The notes: generated from the letters alone by a model not told the origin. A stretch of 64,000 nt of DNA from an uncultured bacterium (GCA_903831815.1 CAIKZC010000009.1:5576-69575), one strand, 5' to 3'; positions 19,567 through 28,298 are shown, counted from the first letter of the stretch. A program made the numbers and translations.

Positions 19567-20964
19567 TTATTTCTTAACGTTTATTTTAATACCGAGTTCC
19601 GTGAGTTGTTCCGGATCAGCTTCGGCCGGTGATTCCATCATCAAGTCTCGGCCTTCGCCAGTTTTTGGAAAGGCAATCGTTTCGCGAATGTTTGGTTCGT
19701 TTTCAAGCAACATCATCAAGCGGTCAAAGCCCCAAGCAATGCCACCGTGCGGAGGCGTACCCCAAGCAAAAGCCTGCAAGATGTGACCAAAGTTTTTCTC
19801 AATTCGCTCGTCGGTGTAGCCCATAATTTTGAAGACTTTTTTCAAAGCCTCCGGTTGATGATTTCTGATACTACCACCACCGATTTCAAAACCGTTGAGC
19901 GCTACGTCATATTGTGTGGTCAAAATTTCCGGAATCTTTTCTTCTTTCATCAACCATTCCATATGTTCAGGTTTTGGTGCAGAGAAAGGATTGTGGGTAA
20001 AAGTCCAACCACCTTTATCGCTTTTCTCAAAGAAAGGAAAATCAATGACCCAGCAGAATGCCAATAAGTTTGGATTGTTTTTGTCTTTTCGAATATCCGG
20101 CTTGTCGCTGTTATATTTCTCCATCGCTTCAGCATAGGTGAGACGAGGAAATGGAATTTCTTGAATTTCTTTTTCTGGGTACAGAGTTTTAACTAGTTTG
20201 ATTAGTAGATCTTCGTTGACAGCCATGACATCTTCACGTTTTACAAAACTCATCTCCATGTCGAGTTGAGTAAATTCCGGCTGACGATCACCACGCGTGT
20301 CTTCATCGCGCATGCAACGAGCGACTTGGAAATATTTTTCCATGCCGGCCGTCATGAGCAACTGTTTGTATTGCTGAGGTGACTGTGGAAGTGCGTAAAA
20401 TTTACCTTGCTCGATGCGAGAAGGCACGATGTAGTCACGAGATCCTTCGGGGGTTGATTTGGTTAGGAGCGGAGTTTCGATTTCGGTAAAACCAATAGCT
20501 GAAAGTTCGTTACGGACCAATTGTGTGACCTTGAAGCGATTTCTAATATTTTTCTGCAAACGATCACGGCGCAAGTCCATGTATCGATATTTGAGTCGTG
20601 ATTCCTCGCCGATTTCTTTGCCGTCGGTCGAAAGATCGAAAGGCGGAGTTTCAGATTCATTAAGAACAGTAATCGACAAAATTTCCAGTTCAATATCGCC
20701 ATTTTGCTTTTCTTTCTGAATATTTTTTTCGGGACGTGCATTTACTTTTCCTCGTACCTCGACAACCCATTCAGGTCGAAGTTTTGAACCAACTTCATGA
20801 GCTTCTTTAGCGTTTGGTAAAATTACGCCCTGAATTTTGCCGGTCATATCACGAAAATCCAAGAAGATCATTTTGCCTTGGTCGCGACGAATGTGCACCC
20901 AGCCTTTTATGGTAGCCTCACTTCCCTTCTTAGTTTGCAAATCTTTGATATAAGTTCGTTCCAT
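19567..20964 (-). CDS. aspS: Aspartate--tRNA ligase lacking the GAD insertion domain
   Basis: RLKYRYMDLR, ALPQSPQQYKQLLM, RDED-x-R-x-DRQPEFTQLD, PPHGGIAWGFDR. Confidence 0.95.
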   Translation of the reverse strand: MERTYIKDLQTKKGSEATIKGWVHIRRDQGKMIFLDFRDMTGKIQGVILPNAKEAHEVGSKLRPEWVVEVRGKVNARPEKNIQKEKQNGDIELEILSITVLNESETPPFDLSTDGKEIGEESRLKYRYMDLRRDRLQKNIRNRFKVTQLVRNELSAIGFTEIETPLLTKSTPEGSRDYIVPSRIEQGKFYALPQSPQQYKQLLMTAGMEKYFQVARCMRDEDTRGDRQPEFTQLDMEMSFVKREDVMAVNEDLLIKLVKTLYPEKEIQEIPFPRLTYAEAMEKYNSDKPDIRKDKNNPNLLAFCWVIDFPFFEKSDKGGWTFTHNPFSAPKPEHMEWLMKEEKIPEILTTQYDVALNGFEIGGGSIRNHQPEALKKVFKIMGYTDERIEKNFGHILQAFAWGTPPHGGIAWGFDRLMMLLENEPNIRETIAFPKTGEGRDLMMESPAEADPEQLTELGIKINVKK

Positions 20965-21018
20965 TTTTTTGTTGTTGGCGCCCTCATGGCGCAAATTTAA
21001 ATTAAATAAAAAGCTAAT

Positions 21019-21190
21019 AAAAAAATCATCCTTACAAAATTACCTATAAATAGATAACCTTGTAAGGACGATCTTGTATCGTGGTGCCACCTTACTTTGC
21101 TCTTGGAATTTTGCGTTCTACGTGAGAACTTCCTCCGCGAGCCTCGTTTATTTTTCTCAATTACCTCCCCGTTGTTAGTGGATCATAGGT
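21019..21190 (-). ncRNA. T-box riboswitch (ultrashort Stem I, transcriptional attenuator) leading aspS
   Basis: Minus strand. K-turn Stem I ACC-UAU-GA-UCC-ACUAACAAC-GGG-GA-GGU; antiterminator GUAAGG-UGGCACC-ACGAU-acaag-AUCGU-CCUUAC; mutually exclusive terminator UCGUCCUUACAA...UUGUAAGGAUGA-UUUUUUU. Confidence 0.88.
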
Positions 21191-21228
21191 GCTTATACGA
21201 TACCATAGTATTGCCAGATTTCAAATAC

Positions 21229-21257
21229 TTGACGCTATTCAGTAAACAGCGTACAGT
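21229..21257 (+). promoter_or_regulatory. sigma70 promoter TTGACG-17-TACAGT
   Basis: Consensus spacing, upstream of the orphan ORF at 21337. Confidence 0.65.
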
Positions 21258-21336
21258 CAATATGTCTTTTCCTATGTTGGAGAAGAGGCTTATGAGTAGT
21301 AAGCCCAGAATATTGTTCTTTTTCAAGGAGAAAGCC

Positions 21337-21951
21337 ATGAGTAGTGGCGATATCAACGCGCAGATTGCGCGTTTGTGGAAAATTCAGGCTTCACTGAATG
21401 ATCTTGTGCTTGAAGGGAAAAGAGATCCTAAGGAAGTCGCGGACGTTCTGCAAGGAATCGTTTTTTACAATTTCAGGCTCGTTCACACGTTTCATGTTTC
21501 AGTCCCTTCTGACTACGAACAGAAGTTATATTTGTGTCGATTCATCCAAGGTCACCTTCAAGAGGTTCAGGTGAATGATTCGATGTTTTGGTCAGAAGAT
21601 CCAGGGTTCATTCGAGGACAGAACTTTGAAGTGAGGATATATTCGATACCAGGGCATGCACCGTTGACCTTGTGCGCCAGATTCATGGAACAGCAAAACG
21701 CCAAGTTCCTCGGTGCTCACGGAGTAGTGTTGGCTGCTAGCAGACACCGACAACTACCTGAAGGTTTGTCGATGTCACTGTGGACTGCAGCACCAAATAA
21801 AGATGAGTACTTTAGAGCATCGACGATAGATGGAACTTCAGGCACGGCGAACAATAGAGAGAGATATGTTTTGGGTAGTTCTCGAAAAGAAGCCCAGGCG
21901 CAACACCTCCTTTGTTTTGTGGAAACGAAGTCCGAAAAGCCGACTGCGTAA
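21337..21951 (+). CDS. Orphan hypothetical protein (solo cassette)
   Basis: AAGGAG SD 6 nt before ATG; GC-rich terminator at 21961-21997. Confidence 0.65.
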   Translation: MSSGDINAQIARLWKIQASLNDLVLEGKRDPKEVADVLQGIVFYNFRLVHTFHVSVPSDYEQKLYLCRFIQGHLQEVQVNDSMFWSEDPGFIRGQNFEVRIYSIPGHAPLTLCARFMEQQNAKFLGAHGVVLAASRHRQLPEGLSMSLWTAAPNKDEYFRASTIDGTSGTANNRERYVLGSSRKEAQAQHLLCFVETKSEKPTA

Positions 21952-22018
21952 ATCTGTCAACAGCCGCGACCCCTTCTGGAGTCGCGGCTGGTTTTTTATT
22001 AAAAATAATTATTTGAAA

Positions 22019-23011
22019 TTAATACAACTTCACCCCAACCTTCTCTCGGACTTCGTTCATTTTGGCTTCGGCGACTTCGCGGGCGCGGCGACCACCTTCT
22101 TGAAGGATTTCCAAAATACTTTCTTGATCGAGCGCAATGCGTTCCCTCTTTTCTCGCAACGGTTTTATAAACGCCGAAATATTTTTAATCAAAATTTCTT
22201 TGGATTCTTTGTAGCCAATACCGTCTGCCCCGCCTTTAGTATATCTTTCGGAAAGTGCAGCCAACTCTTCCGGACTAGCAAAAAGCGCATGCAAAGCAAA
22301 AATTTTGTCTGTGGCAGGATCTTTTGGCTCATCAATGCCTTTGGAGTCAGTCGGAATACTCATCACGGCTTTTTTAATCTCTTCGTCTGTGGCAAAAAGA
22401 GGAATAGTATTTTTGTAACTCTTGCTCATTTTTTGACCGTCGGTGCCAGGCACAACTTTTACGTTTTCCACAATATATTCTTTCGGTAATTTGAAAGTTT
22501 CGCCATAGACACGATTAAATTTCTCGGCCGTATCACGAGCAATTTCAACGTGTTGTTTTTGATCTTGCCCAACCGGCACAACATCCGGACTATAGAGCAA
22601 AATATCAGCAGCCATCAAAATCGGATAGTCAAACAAACCGACATTCACTTCTTTGTTTTTGGCTTCAGCATCTTTAAAAGCGTGAGCGCGCATCAAATAC
22701 GGCATGGTTGTCAGACAATTAAAAATCCAAGCCAATTCGGTATGAGCAGCAATATCAGATTGTTTGAAAAAAGTAATTTTTTTAGGATCGAGACCAATAG
22801 CCAGGTAATCGATAACTACATCAATGATGTTTTGTTTCAATTCTTCTTTATTTTGCAAAGAAGTGATGGCGTGTAGGTCGGCCACGAAAACGTAACCACT
22901 GAAAGTGTTTTGCAACTCCACAAACTGGCGCATCGCACCAAAATAATTGCCGATATGTGGCCGACCGGTCGGCTTGACGCCAGAGAGCATGATTTTTTTA
23001 CCTGAATTCAT
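22019..23011 (-). CDS. trpS: Tryptophan--tRNA ligase
   Basis: SGVKPTG-x-x-HIGNYFGA, YPILMAADILLY, VPVGQDQ, KMSKS. Confidence 0.96.
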   Translation of the reverse strand: MNSGKKIMLSGVKPTGRPHIGNYFGAMRQFVELQNTFSGYVFVADLHAITSLQNKEELKQNIIDVVIDYLAIGLDPKKITFFKQSDIAAHTELAWIFNCLTTMPYLMRAHAFKDAEAKNKEVNVGLFDYPILMAADILLYSPDVVPVGQDQKQHVEIARDTAEKFNRVYGETFKLPKEYIVENVKVVPGTDGQKMSKSYKNTIPLFATDEEIKKAVMSIPTDSKGIDEPKDPATDKIFALHALFASPEELAALSERYTKGGADGIGYKESKEILIKNISAFIKPLREKRERIALDQESILEILQEGGRRAREVAEAKMNEVREKVGVKLY

Positions 23012-23023
23012 ATCAATAATATA

Positions 23024-23731
23024 CTATCTTTTGCTCATATATGCCAGCCAAAAGTTGCGCTTGTAACTGCGACCATTAAATCGCGAATAGTTAGTCTTTT
23101 TCTCCAGTTTTTCGATCACAAAAAAATGAGAGTAGTAAGCGATGAAATCTTCTTTACTCCAAACACGTTCGGTCAGACCGATTTCGGGCATGACGTAAGT
23201 GTCAGTTTCGGGACCAGGCGAAAGTTTGATCAAATTCTTGGCGTTGTGATCGCCATCTTTGCAAAGCGTCTTTACAAAAAAGTTTCCGCCGGATTTTAAG
23301 ACGCGATGAGCTTCTTGAATATATATTTCGCGCTCATTTTCGGATAGAGAGTTGGACGACGTAACGTCTATTATCAAATCAAATTCGCCATTTTCAAACT
23401 CCAGCAACGCCCCGATATTGCCCTTAATATAGTCAATATTGCTCTCGATTCCCGCCCCTATCAGGTTGAGCTCTTTGGCTCGAGTTGCGGCAAGGAGCAG
23501 CGCAGTGCTGGATATCTCAATACCGGTCACCGTAGCCCCTTCCAGAGCCAAATAATTGGTATTTCGGCCAGTTCCACAGCCCAAATCAAGGACTCTTTGA
23601 CCAGACAAAGTCACACCTTTTTGACGCTTCAAATATTTGAAAAAATCCAAAGTATCATTTTGAGGCCGGTCATCTTTGGTGACCAATTTTGAATTTTGAT
23701 ATTCGCGCTCCCAGACCTGTTCTTGTGCCAT
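23024..23731 (-). CDS. Class I SAM-dependent methyltransferase
   Basis: VLDLGCGTG motif I; RVLKSGG. Confidence 0.88.
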   Translation of the reverse strand: MAQEQVWEREYQNSKLVTKDDRPQNDTLDFFKYLKRQKGVTLSGQRVLDLGCGTGRNTNYLALEGATVTGIEISSTALLLAATRAKELNLIGAGIESNIDYIKGNIGALLEFENGEFDLIIDVTSSNSLSENEREIYIQEAHRVLKSGGNFFVKTLCKDGDHNAKNLIKLSPGPETDTYVMPEIGLTERVWSKEDFIAYYSHFFVIEKLEKKTNYSRFNGRSYKRNFWLAYMSKR

Positions 23732-23807
23732 TTGAAAATGATGAATATTTAAATAAATAAAAACTTCAAAAAATCGCGCGGTTTCTTTTCTTATTTAGCC
23801 GTGTCTC

Positions 23808-24701
23808 TTACCACTGTGCCTTCCAAGCCTGTATTAAATTGTGAAAAAGCGAGGCCACAGTCATCGGTCCAACACCACCCGGCACAGGAGAAATTGCCGA
23901 AACAATATCTTTGACTGCTTCAAAATCCGCGTCGCCGACCATATGTTTCTTTGGAATTTCATTTTCCGGTTTTAAGGCGAGGCGAACTGTTTTATCCACA
24001 AAATTTATGCCCACATCCACCACTACCTGACTTTCTCGCACATGATTTTTAGTAATTAGATGCGGAGAACCGGCGGCCACGATCAAAATATCGGCTTGTT
24101 TAGTTGCTTCCGCCAAATTTTCCGTGTGACGATGACAAATTGTGACTGTTGCATTTTCGTTAAGAAGCGCTGCAGCTAAAGGTTTGCCCACCAGCATTGA
24201 ACGACCGACAATTGTAATTTTTTTGCCGTCAATCGGAATTTCATAATGTTTAAGTAAAGACAAAACTCCAAAAACTGTACCGGGGATTACCGCTTGTTCA
24301 TCACCAGCCAATAATCGTTTTACATTTTTAGCCGTCAAACCATCAACGTCTTTAATTGGATCAATCGTGTCAATAATTCTTTGTTTGTTGAGTCCCTCAG
24401 GAATCGGCAATTGCACAATAATGCCGTGAACTTGATCGTTGCGATTCATTTTGACAATTTCGGCAATCAAATCCTCTTCGGAAATTTTGGTCGGATAGAC
24501 TTCATGAATGACCGATGCGCCGATTTTTTCAGCAAAAAGTTTCTTCTGATTGATATATGAATTTGATTCGGCCAAATCCCCCACCTGCAAAATCGCCAGT
24601 TGTGGTTTAGAAATCGCGCTTTCGGCCATAGCCGTAACCACCTCGTTTTTCAAACGATCCGCTGTCAAATCCCGTAGTTTTTTGCCGTCGAGTAATATCA
24701 T
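23808..24701 (-). CDS. folD: Methylene-THF dehydrogenase/cyclohydrolase
   Basis: GIIVQLP, KDVDG, GRS-x-LVGKP, PVPGGVGPMT. Confidence 0.95.
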   Translation of the reverse strand: MILLDGKKLRDLTADRLKNEVVTAMAESAISKPQLAILQVGDLAESNSYINQKKLFAEKIGASVIHEVYPTKISEEDLIAEIVKMNRNDQVHGIIVQLPIPEGLNKQRIIDTIDPIKDVDGLTAKNVKRLLAGDEQAVIPGTVFGVLSLLKHYEIPIDGKKITIVGRSMLVGKPLAAALLNENATVTICHRHTENLAEATKQADILIVAAGSPHLITKNHVRESQVVVDVGINFVDKTVRLALKPENEIPKKHMVGDADFEAVKDIVSAISPVPGGVGPMTVASLFHNLIQAWKAQW

Positions 24702-24764
24702 GTTTGTTTTAATTACATTAGCACAAAAACCGCTATTTGTCAGCGGTTTTTGAAAAATTAAATT

Positions 24765-26480
24765 TTAGCTCACATGCGCCACAGGCAACTCGACGTAGAA
24801 AGTGGAACCCTTGCCGGCGCCGGGAGATTCAGCCCAAATGCGGCCGCTCTGCCCTTCGATCATCAGTTTGGCGACATAGAGACCGAGGCCGGTACCGATG
24901 ATGTTGACTTCGTTGGCATTTTTTGCGCGAGAGAATTTCTGGAACAATTTTGGCATAACTTCAGGCGCGATGCCGATGCCAGTGTCACTAATCGCAAACA
25001 AAACTTTTTGAGTTTTCTCGTTGGTGGACAGAGAGACTTTGATACTGCCTTTCGGCGTGTATTTCATCGAGTTGTCAATCAAGTTGCCGATAACTTGTTT
25101 AACTTTGCCGGCGTCGGCGTAAACTTCGTGATGACCTTCGGGAATTTCAGTTTTAAGTTCAAGACCGGCGCGATCGAGGTTTGGCTTCAACTCTTTTATC
25201 GTTTCCTCGACAAGGTTTTTCATGTCGAGCGGCGCCAACTCATATTTCATCTTGCCCTGCTCAATGCGCGAAATGTTGAGGAAGTCGCCAACAATGTGCA
25301 CCAAGTTTTCGGTCGATTGGAAAACAATTTGCAAAGGTTTCTCAAGTTCTTTATTAATTGGCCCAAAGTCACCCTCAAAAACTTCGGAGAGATAGCCCTT
25401 TATAGCGGAAAGTGGCGCGCGAATCTGGTGCGTCGCCAGCGACACGAATTCTGACTTAAGTTGATCCAACTCCTTGAGTTTGTCGTTGGCATCAGCGAGG
25501 CGCGAGTTGGCTTTTTCCAGCCCCGCATTTGATTTTTCGAGTTTTGTGGCCAAGTCCTCGATTTTCTCGCGCTGAGTAATCTCCTTTTTGACGCTGCGCA
25601 TCAAGTTGATGCCAATAAAGCCGGTGATAACGAGAGTGATAGCGGTCAGAATCCTGTTTGTATTTGTGGTTATAAAGAAAAATTCGGAACCAATAAGTGC
25701 AATAAGAGCAAAAATAAGCGCTTGAGCGCCGAACATTTTAACGTTGAATGATTTAAATTTTACAATAATGTAAGAAAGGAAAGCGATAAATATAACCATC
25801 CCAAATAAACCATAAGGTGCTATGTCATAATTTGTTATGTATCCATTATCAACTAAATAACTCGCTAAAAAATCTGTAGAAAGAAACATAAATAGAAAAC
25901 ATTCCATACCTATCACAAATAGAATGTTTTTTTTATCTAAAACACTTGATCTATATTTTTTAATAAAGATAATGAGTACTCCTATAAAGGCCGCTACTCC
26001 AAAGAAATAGTAGTAATAATTAAAATAACTATTTTCAGTAGGAATACACCACACTCCGTCAAATGTTGGCAAGTTGTATTTTGTTGGGGAAATTACAAGA
26101 ATTGGGAGTAAGAGAATTAGCCATATTATTTTGGTCAATAAATGAACATCACGATTGTTTATAAAAACAAAAGTAAAGTACAAACATAGTATTGATATAA
26201 GGGCAATTAATATACCAAAAAACGACCAAAAAAACATGTAGCTAATGGAGTTGTAGCTGGTCCAAGTAATAAGGCTGAAAACAGACCACAAAGAAAAGGT
26301 TGCGGTCAGCGCAAGAAATATTTTTGACATCAAATTCTTGCTTTTAACAAAAATCGCTACTCCTAATACTAATGAAATTACTGCTACTGGAATATGAGAA
26401 TAGTAAATCAAAGAAACATTAACAGTATCTCTAACCAAATCAAAACATGTTTGTAAATCAGTTAAAAAATTGAATGTCAT
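24765..26480 (-). CDS. Multi-TM (HisKA_7TM-like) sensor histidine kinase
   Basis: About 8-9 hydrophobic segments, H-box ATHQIRAPL, N-box NLIDNSMKY, G-boxes DTGIG, GTGLGL and GKGSTF. Confidence 0.92.
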   Translation of the reverse strand: MTFNFLTDLQTCFDLVRDTVNVSLIYYSHIPVAVISLVLGVAIFVKSKNLMSKIFLALTATFSLWSVFSLITWTSYNSISYMFFWSFFGILIALISILCLYFTFVFINNRDVHLLTKIIWLILLLPILVISPTKYNLPTFDGVWCIPTENSYFNYYYYFFGVAAFIGVLIIFIKKYRSSVLDKKNILFVIGMECFLFMFLSTDFLASYLVDNGYITNYDIAPYGLFGMVIFIAFLSYIIVKFKSFNVKMFGAQALIFALIALIGSEFFFITTNTNRILTAITLVITGFIGINLMRSVKKEITQREKIEDLATKLEKSNAGLEKANSRLADANDKLKELDQLKSEFVSLATHQIRAPLSAIKGYLSEVFEGDFGPINKELEKPLQIVFQSTENLVHIVGDFLNISRIEQGKMKYELAPLDMKNLVEETIKELKPNLDRAGLELKTEIPEGHHEVYADAGKVKQVIGNLIDNSMKYTPKGSIKVSLSTNEKTQKVLFAISDTGIGIAPEVMPKLFQKFSRAKNANEVNIIGTGLGLYVAKLMIEGQSGRIWAESPGAGKGSTFYVELPVAHVS

Positions 26481-27031
26481 TTATTTTTTAAATTATCAAT
26501 TTTATCTTGTAAATACATCGAAAAATGCCCTCGGTATTTCTCTTGAACAACCGCCTTCTTCCAATCTTCATCCGTAATATTACCCCTACAGTCCTTATCG
26601 CCGCATAAACACTTGAGTTTGTATGGCTTCACACCTTCTGGATGAAAAAGCACTGTCCCAAAATCTAATGTAATTTGTTCGTTTAACAAAATATCTTTAA
26701 TTGCAACAAGTAAAATTTGCCCTTTTATACCAGCATTAGCATTACAACTATGATTAAACATGGAAGCATCTTCTATTTCACTTTTTAGTTTAGCTCCTAT
26801 AACTAAATTATCATCAATTTGTATAGCATTATCATATATGTCAGGTGGTGTATTTTCCTCCTCCTTTCTAGTCATAACATAACCACCAAACATGGCGATT
26901 TTTTCACCTTTTTTTATTTCTTTTTTAGCATAAATACCCATTCCATACTTTTCAGTATTTTTTACAATAACTTTGTCACTCATCCAACAAAACATCTTTG
27001 TGCTTTTATAATTTGATTCAGTTTTTATCAT
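26477..27031 (-). CDS. SET-domain methyltransferase with post-SET Zn motif
   Basis: YGMGIYA, FNHSCNAN, EQITLDF, CLCGDKDCRG; its stop codon overlaps the kinase ATG. Confidence 0.88.
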   Translation of the reverse strand: MIKTESNYKSTKMFCWMSDKVIVKNTEKYGMGIYAKKEIKKGEKIAMFGGYVMTRKEEENTPPDIYDNAIQIDDNLVIGAKLKSEIEDASMFNHSCNANAGIKGQILLVAIKDILLNEQITLDFGTVLFHPEGVKPYKLKCLCGDKDCRGNITDEDWKKAVVQEKYRGHFSMYLQDKIDNLKNK

Positions 27032-27038
27032 TTAATTA

Positions 27039-27806
27039 TTATAATAACATATTTTTAACATTTTTTTGTACATCATCATCATAAGAAAACCAGAGATTGT
27101 TTTTTTCGTTTTCTTGAGGCAACAAAGGCACAATGAGCGGTTTAACTCCAAAAATTTCGGCGACCTTTTTAAAACTCGGTAGAAATTTTTCCAAGGTAAA
27201 TTTAGACTCTTCTTTTTCGCTAAATAAGAAATTTTCAAACAAAACATGATCTCTAATGAAAAGTGATAGATAATACACGTAATAATGATCTAATTCTCTG
27301 GTCTTGTTAAACCATTCTGATATATCTTTTGTATTAAAATTTTCTTCGGGAAAACGTTTACTGAGTATTTCGTGGTGAAAATCAACCATTTTTCTACCGC
27401 AAATAGTCTCGACTTCGTGTATTTTCTTACCTTCCTCCTTATTAAAATTTACAATATTTAAAGGTTCTATTTTACATCCATTTTTCTTGCCGGGACCATG
27501 GTAAAAAAACATTTTACCTAAGTGTCTTTTTTCTTGATTCTTTCCAACAAATTTACCGTGATGATATTCAAATAAACATTTATCTAGACCAATATCTTTT
27601 GAGATATCCAGAAAATACCTAAATTCTAGGTTAGGAGTTATTAATGGTTTTGATAATACCGATCTAGGTCTGTCATCACAAAGAAAGTCTGGTTTATTTT
27701 CTCCCCAAAACTTTTCCAGTTTCTTTTTTAGTTTTACGTCTTTATGTCTTCGCTTTATCTCATTTTTAGCATCTTCAAGCGAAGTATAAATATCTTCTTT
27801 TTTCAT
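27039..27806 (-). CDS. Conserved-looking soluble hypothetical protein (enzyme-like) in the kinase operon
   Basis: 255 aa; motif-like segments ITPN-x-E, DFHH, LFENF, FGVKPLIVPL. Confidence 0.75.
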   Translation of the reverse strand: MKKEDIYTSLEDAKNEIKRRHKDVKLKKKLEKFWGENKPDFLCDDRPRSVLSKPLITPNLEFRYFLDISKDIGLDKCLFEYHHGKFVGKNQEKRHLGKMFFYHGPGKKNGCKIEPLNIVNFNKEEGKKIHEVETICGRKMVDFHHEILSKRFPEENFNTKDISEWFNKTRELDHYYVYYLSLFIRDHVLFENFLFSEKEESKFTLEKFLPSFKKVAEIFGVKPLIVPLLPQENEKNNLWFSYDDDVQKNVKNMLL

Positions 27807-27824
27807 TTTTAGTCTATTTAGTTT

Positions 27825-28223
27825 TTATCCTGAACACGATTCGCCTTCAATTAGATTATTTGGATCACAAAAAGTGTATGAGCAAGACTTTTCATTTTCA
27901 ATACAACTTAACTCACCATCGCAACCAAGTTTTTCAACAGTAGCTTCACAAATTGCTATATTAGCTGCCTTTTTACTTACCATCTTGTAGTAAGAGGTTC
28001 GTTCTGATTCTACGACCGAACAAGAACTATCGCTAGCTGGGTCACAAACATAAACAAAACATTTTTCAATCTGAGGGTCACAAGAAGTTTCTGCTATAAC
28101 TTGGTAGTCTTTTAATATGACAATTTTAACAAAAGTTACGCCTACCGAACCAAGAATTAGTAAAGTTAGAACTATGTAAAAAATCCTATTGCCCGCACTT
28201 GATTTTTTATCTTTATTTTCCAT
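27825..28223 (-). CDS. Single-TM protein with a 10-Cys extracytoplasmic domain
   Basis: N-terminal TM helix, three CDP motifs, 10 Cys; leaderless-type TGG-TATTAT-6nt-ATG. Confidence 0.75.
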   Translation of the reverse strand: MENKDKKSSAGNRIFYIVLTLLILGSVGVTFVKIVILKDYQVIAETSCDPQIEKCFVYVCDPASDSSCSVVESERTSYYKMVSKKAANIAICEATVEKLGCDGELSCIENEKSCSYTFCDPNNLIEGESCSG

Positions 28224-28298
28224 GAGAATATAATACCACATTTTTTCATGTTTGCCACAAACGAAAAGGCGCGTACCTGTAAGAGTACGCGCCTAGGA

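Noticed and set aside
23011-23808. T-box leaders for trpS (also checked for gltX and cysS)
   Set aside because: Upstream gaps are short or AT-rich and lack the UGGNACC antiterminator bulge.
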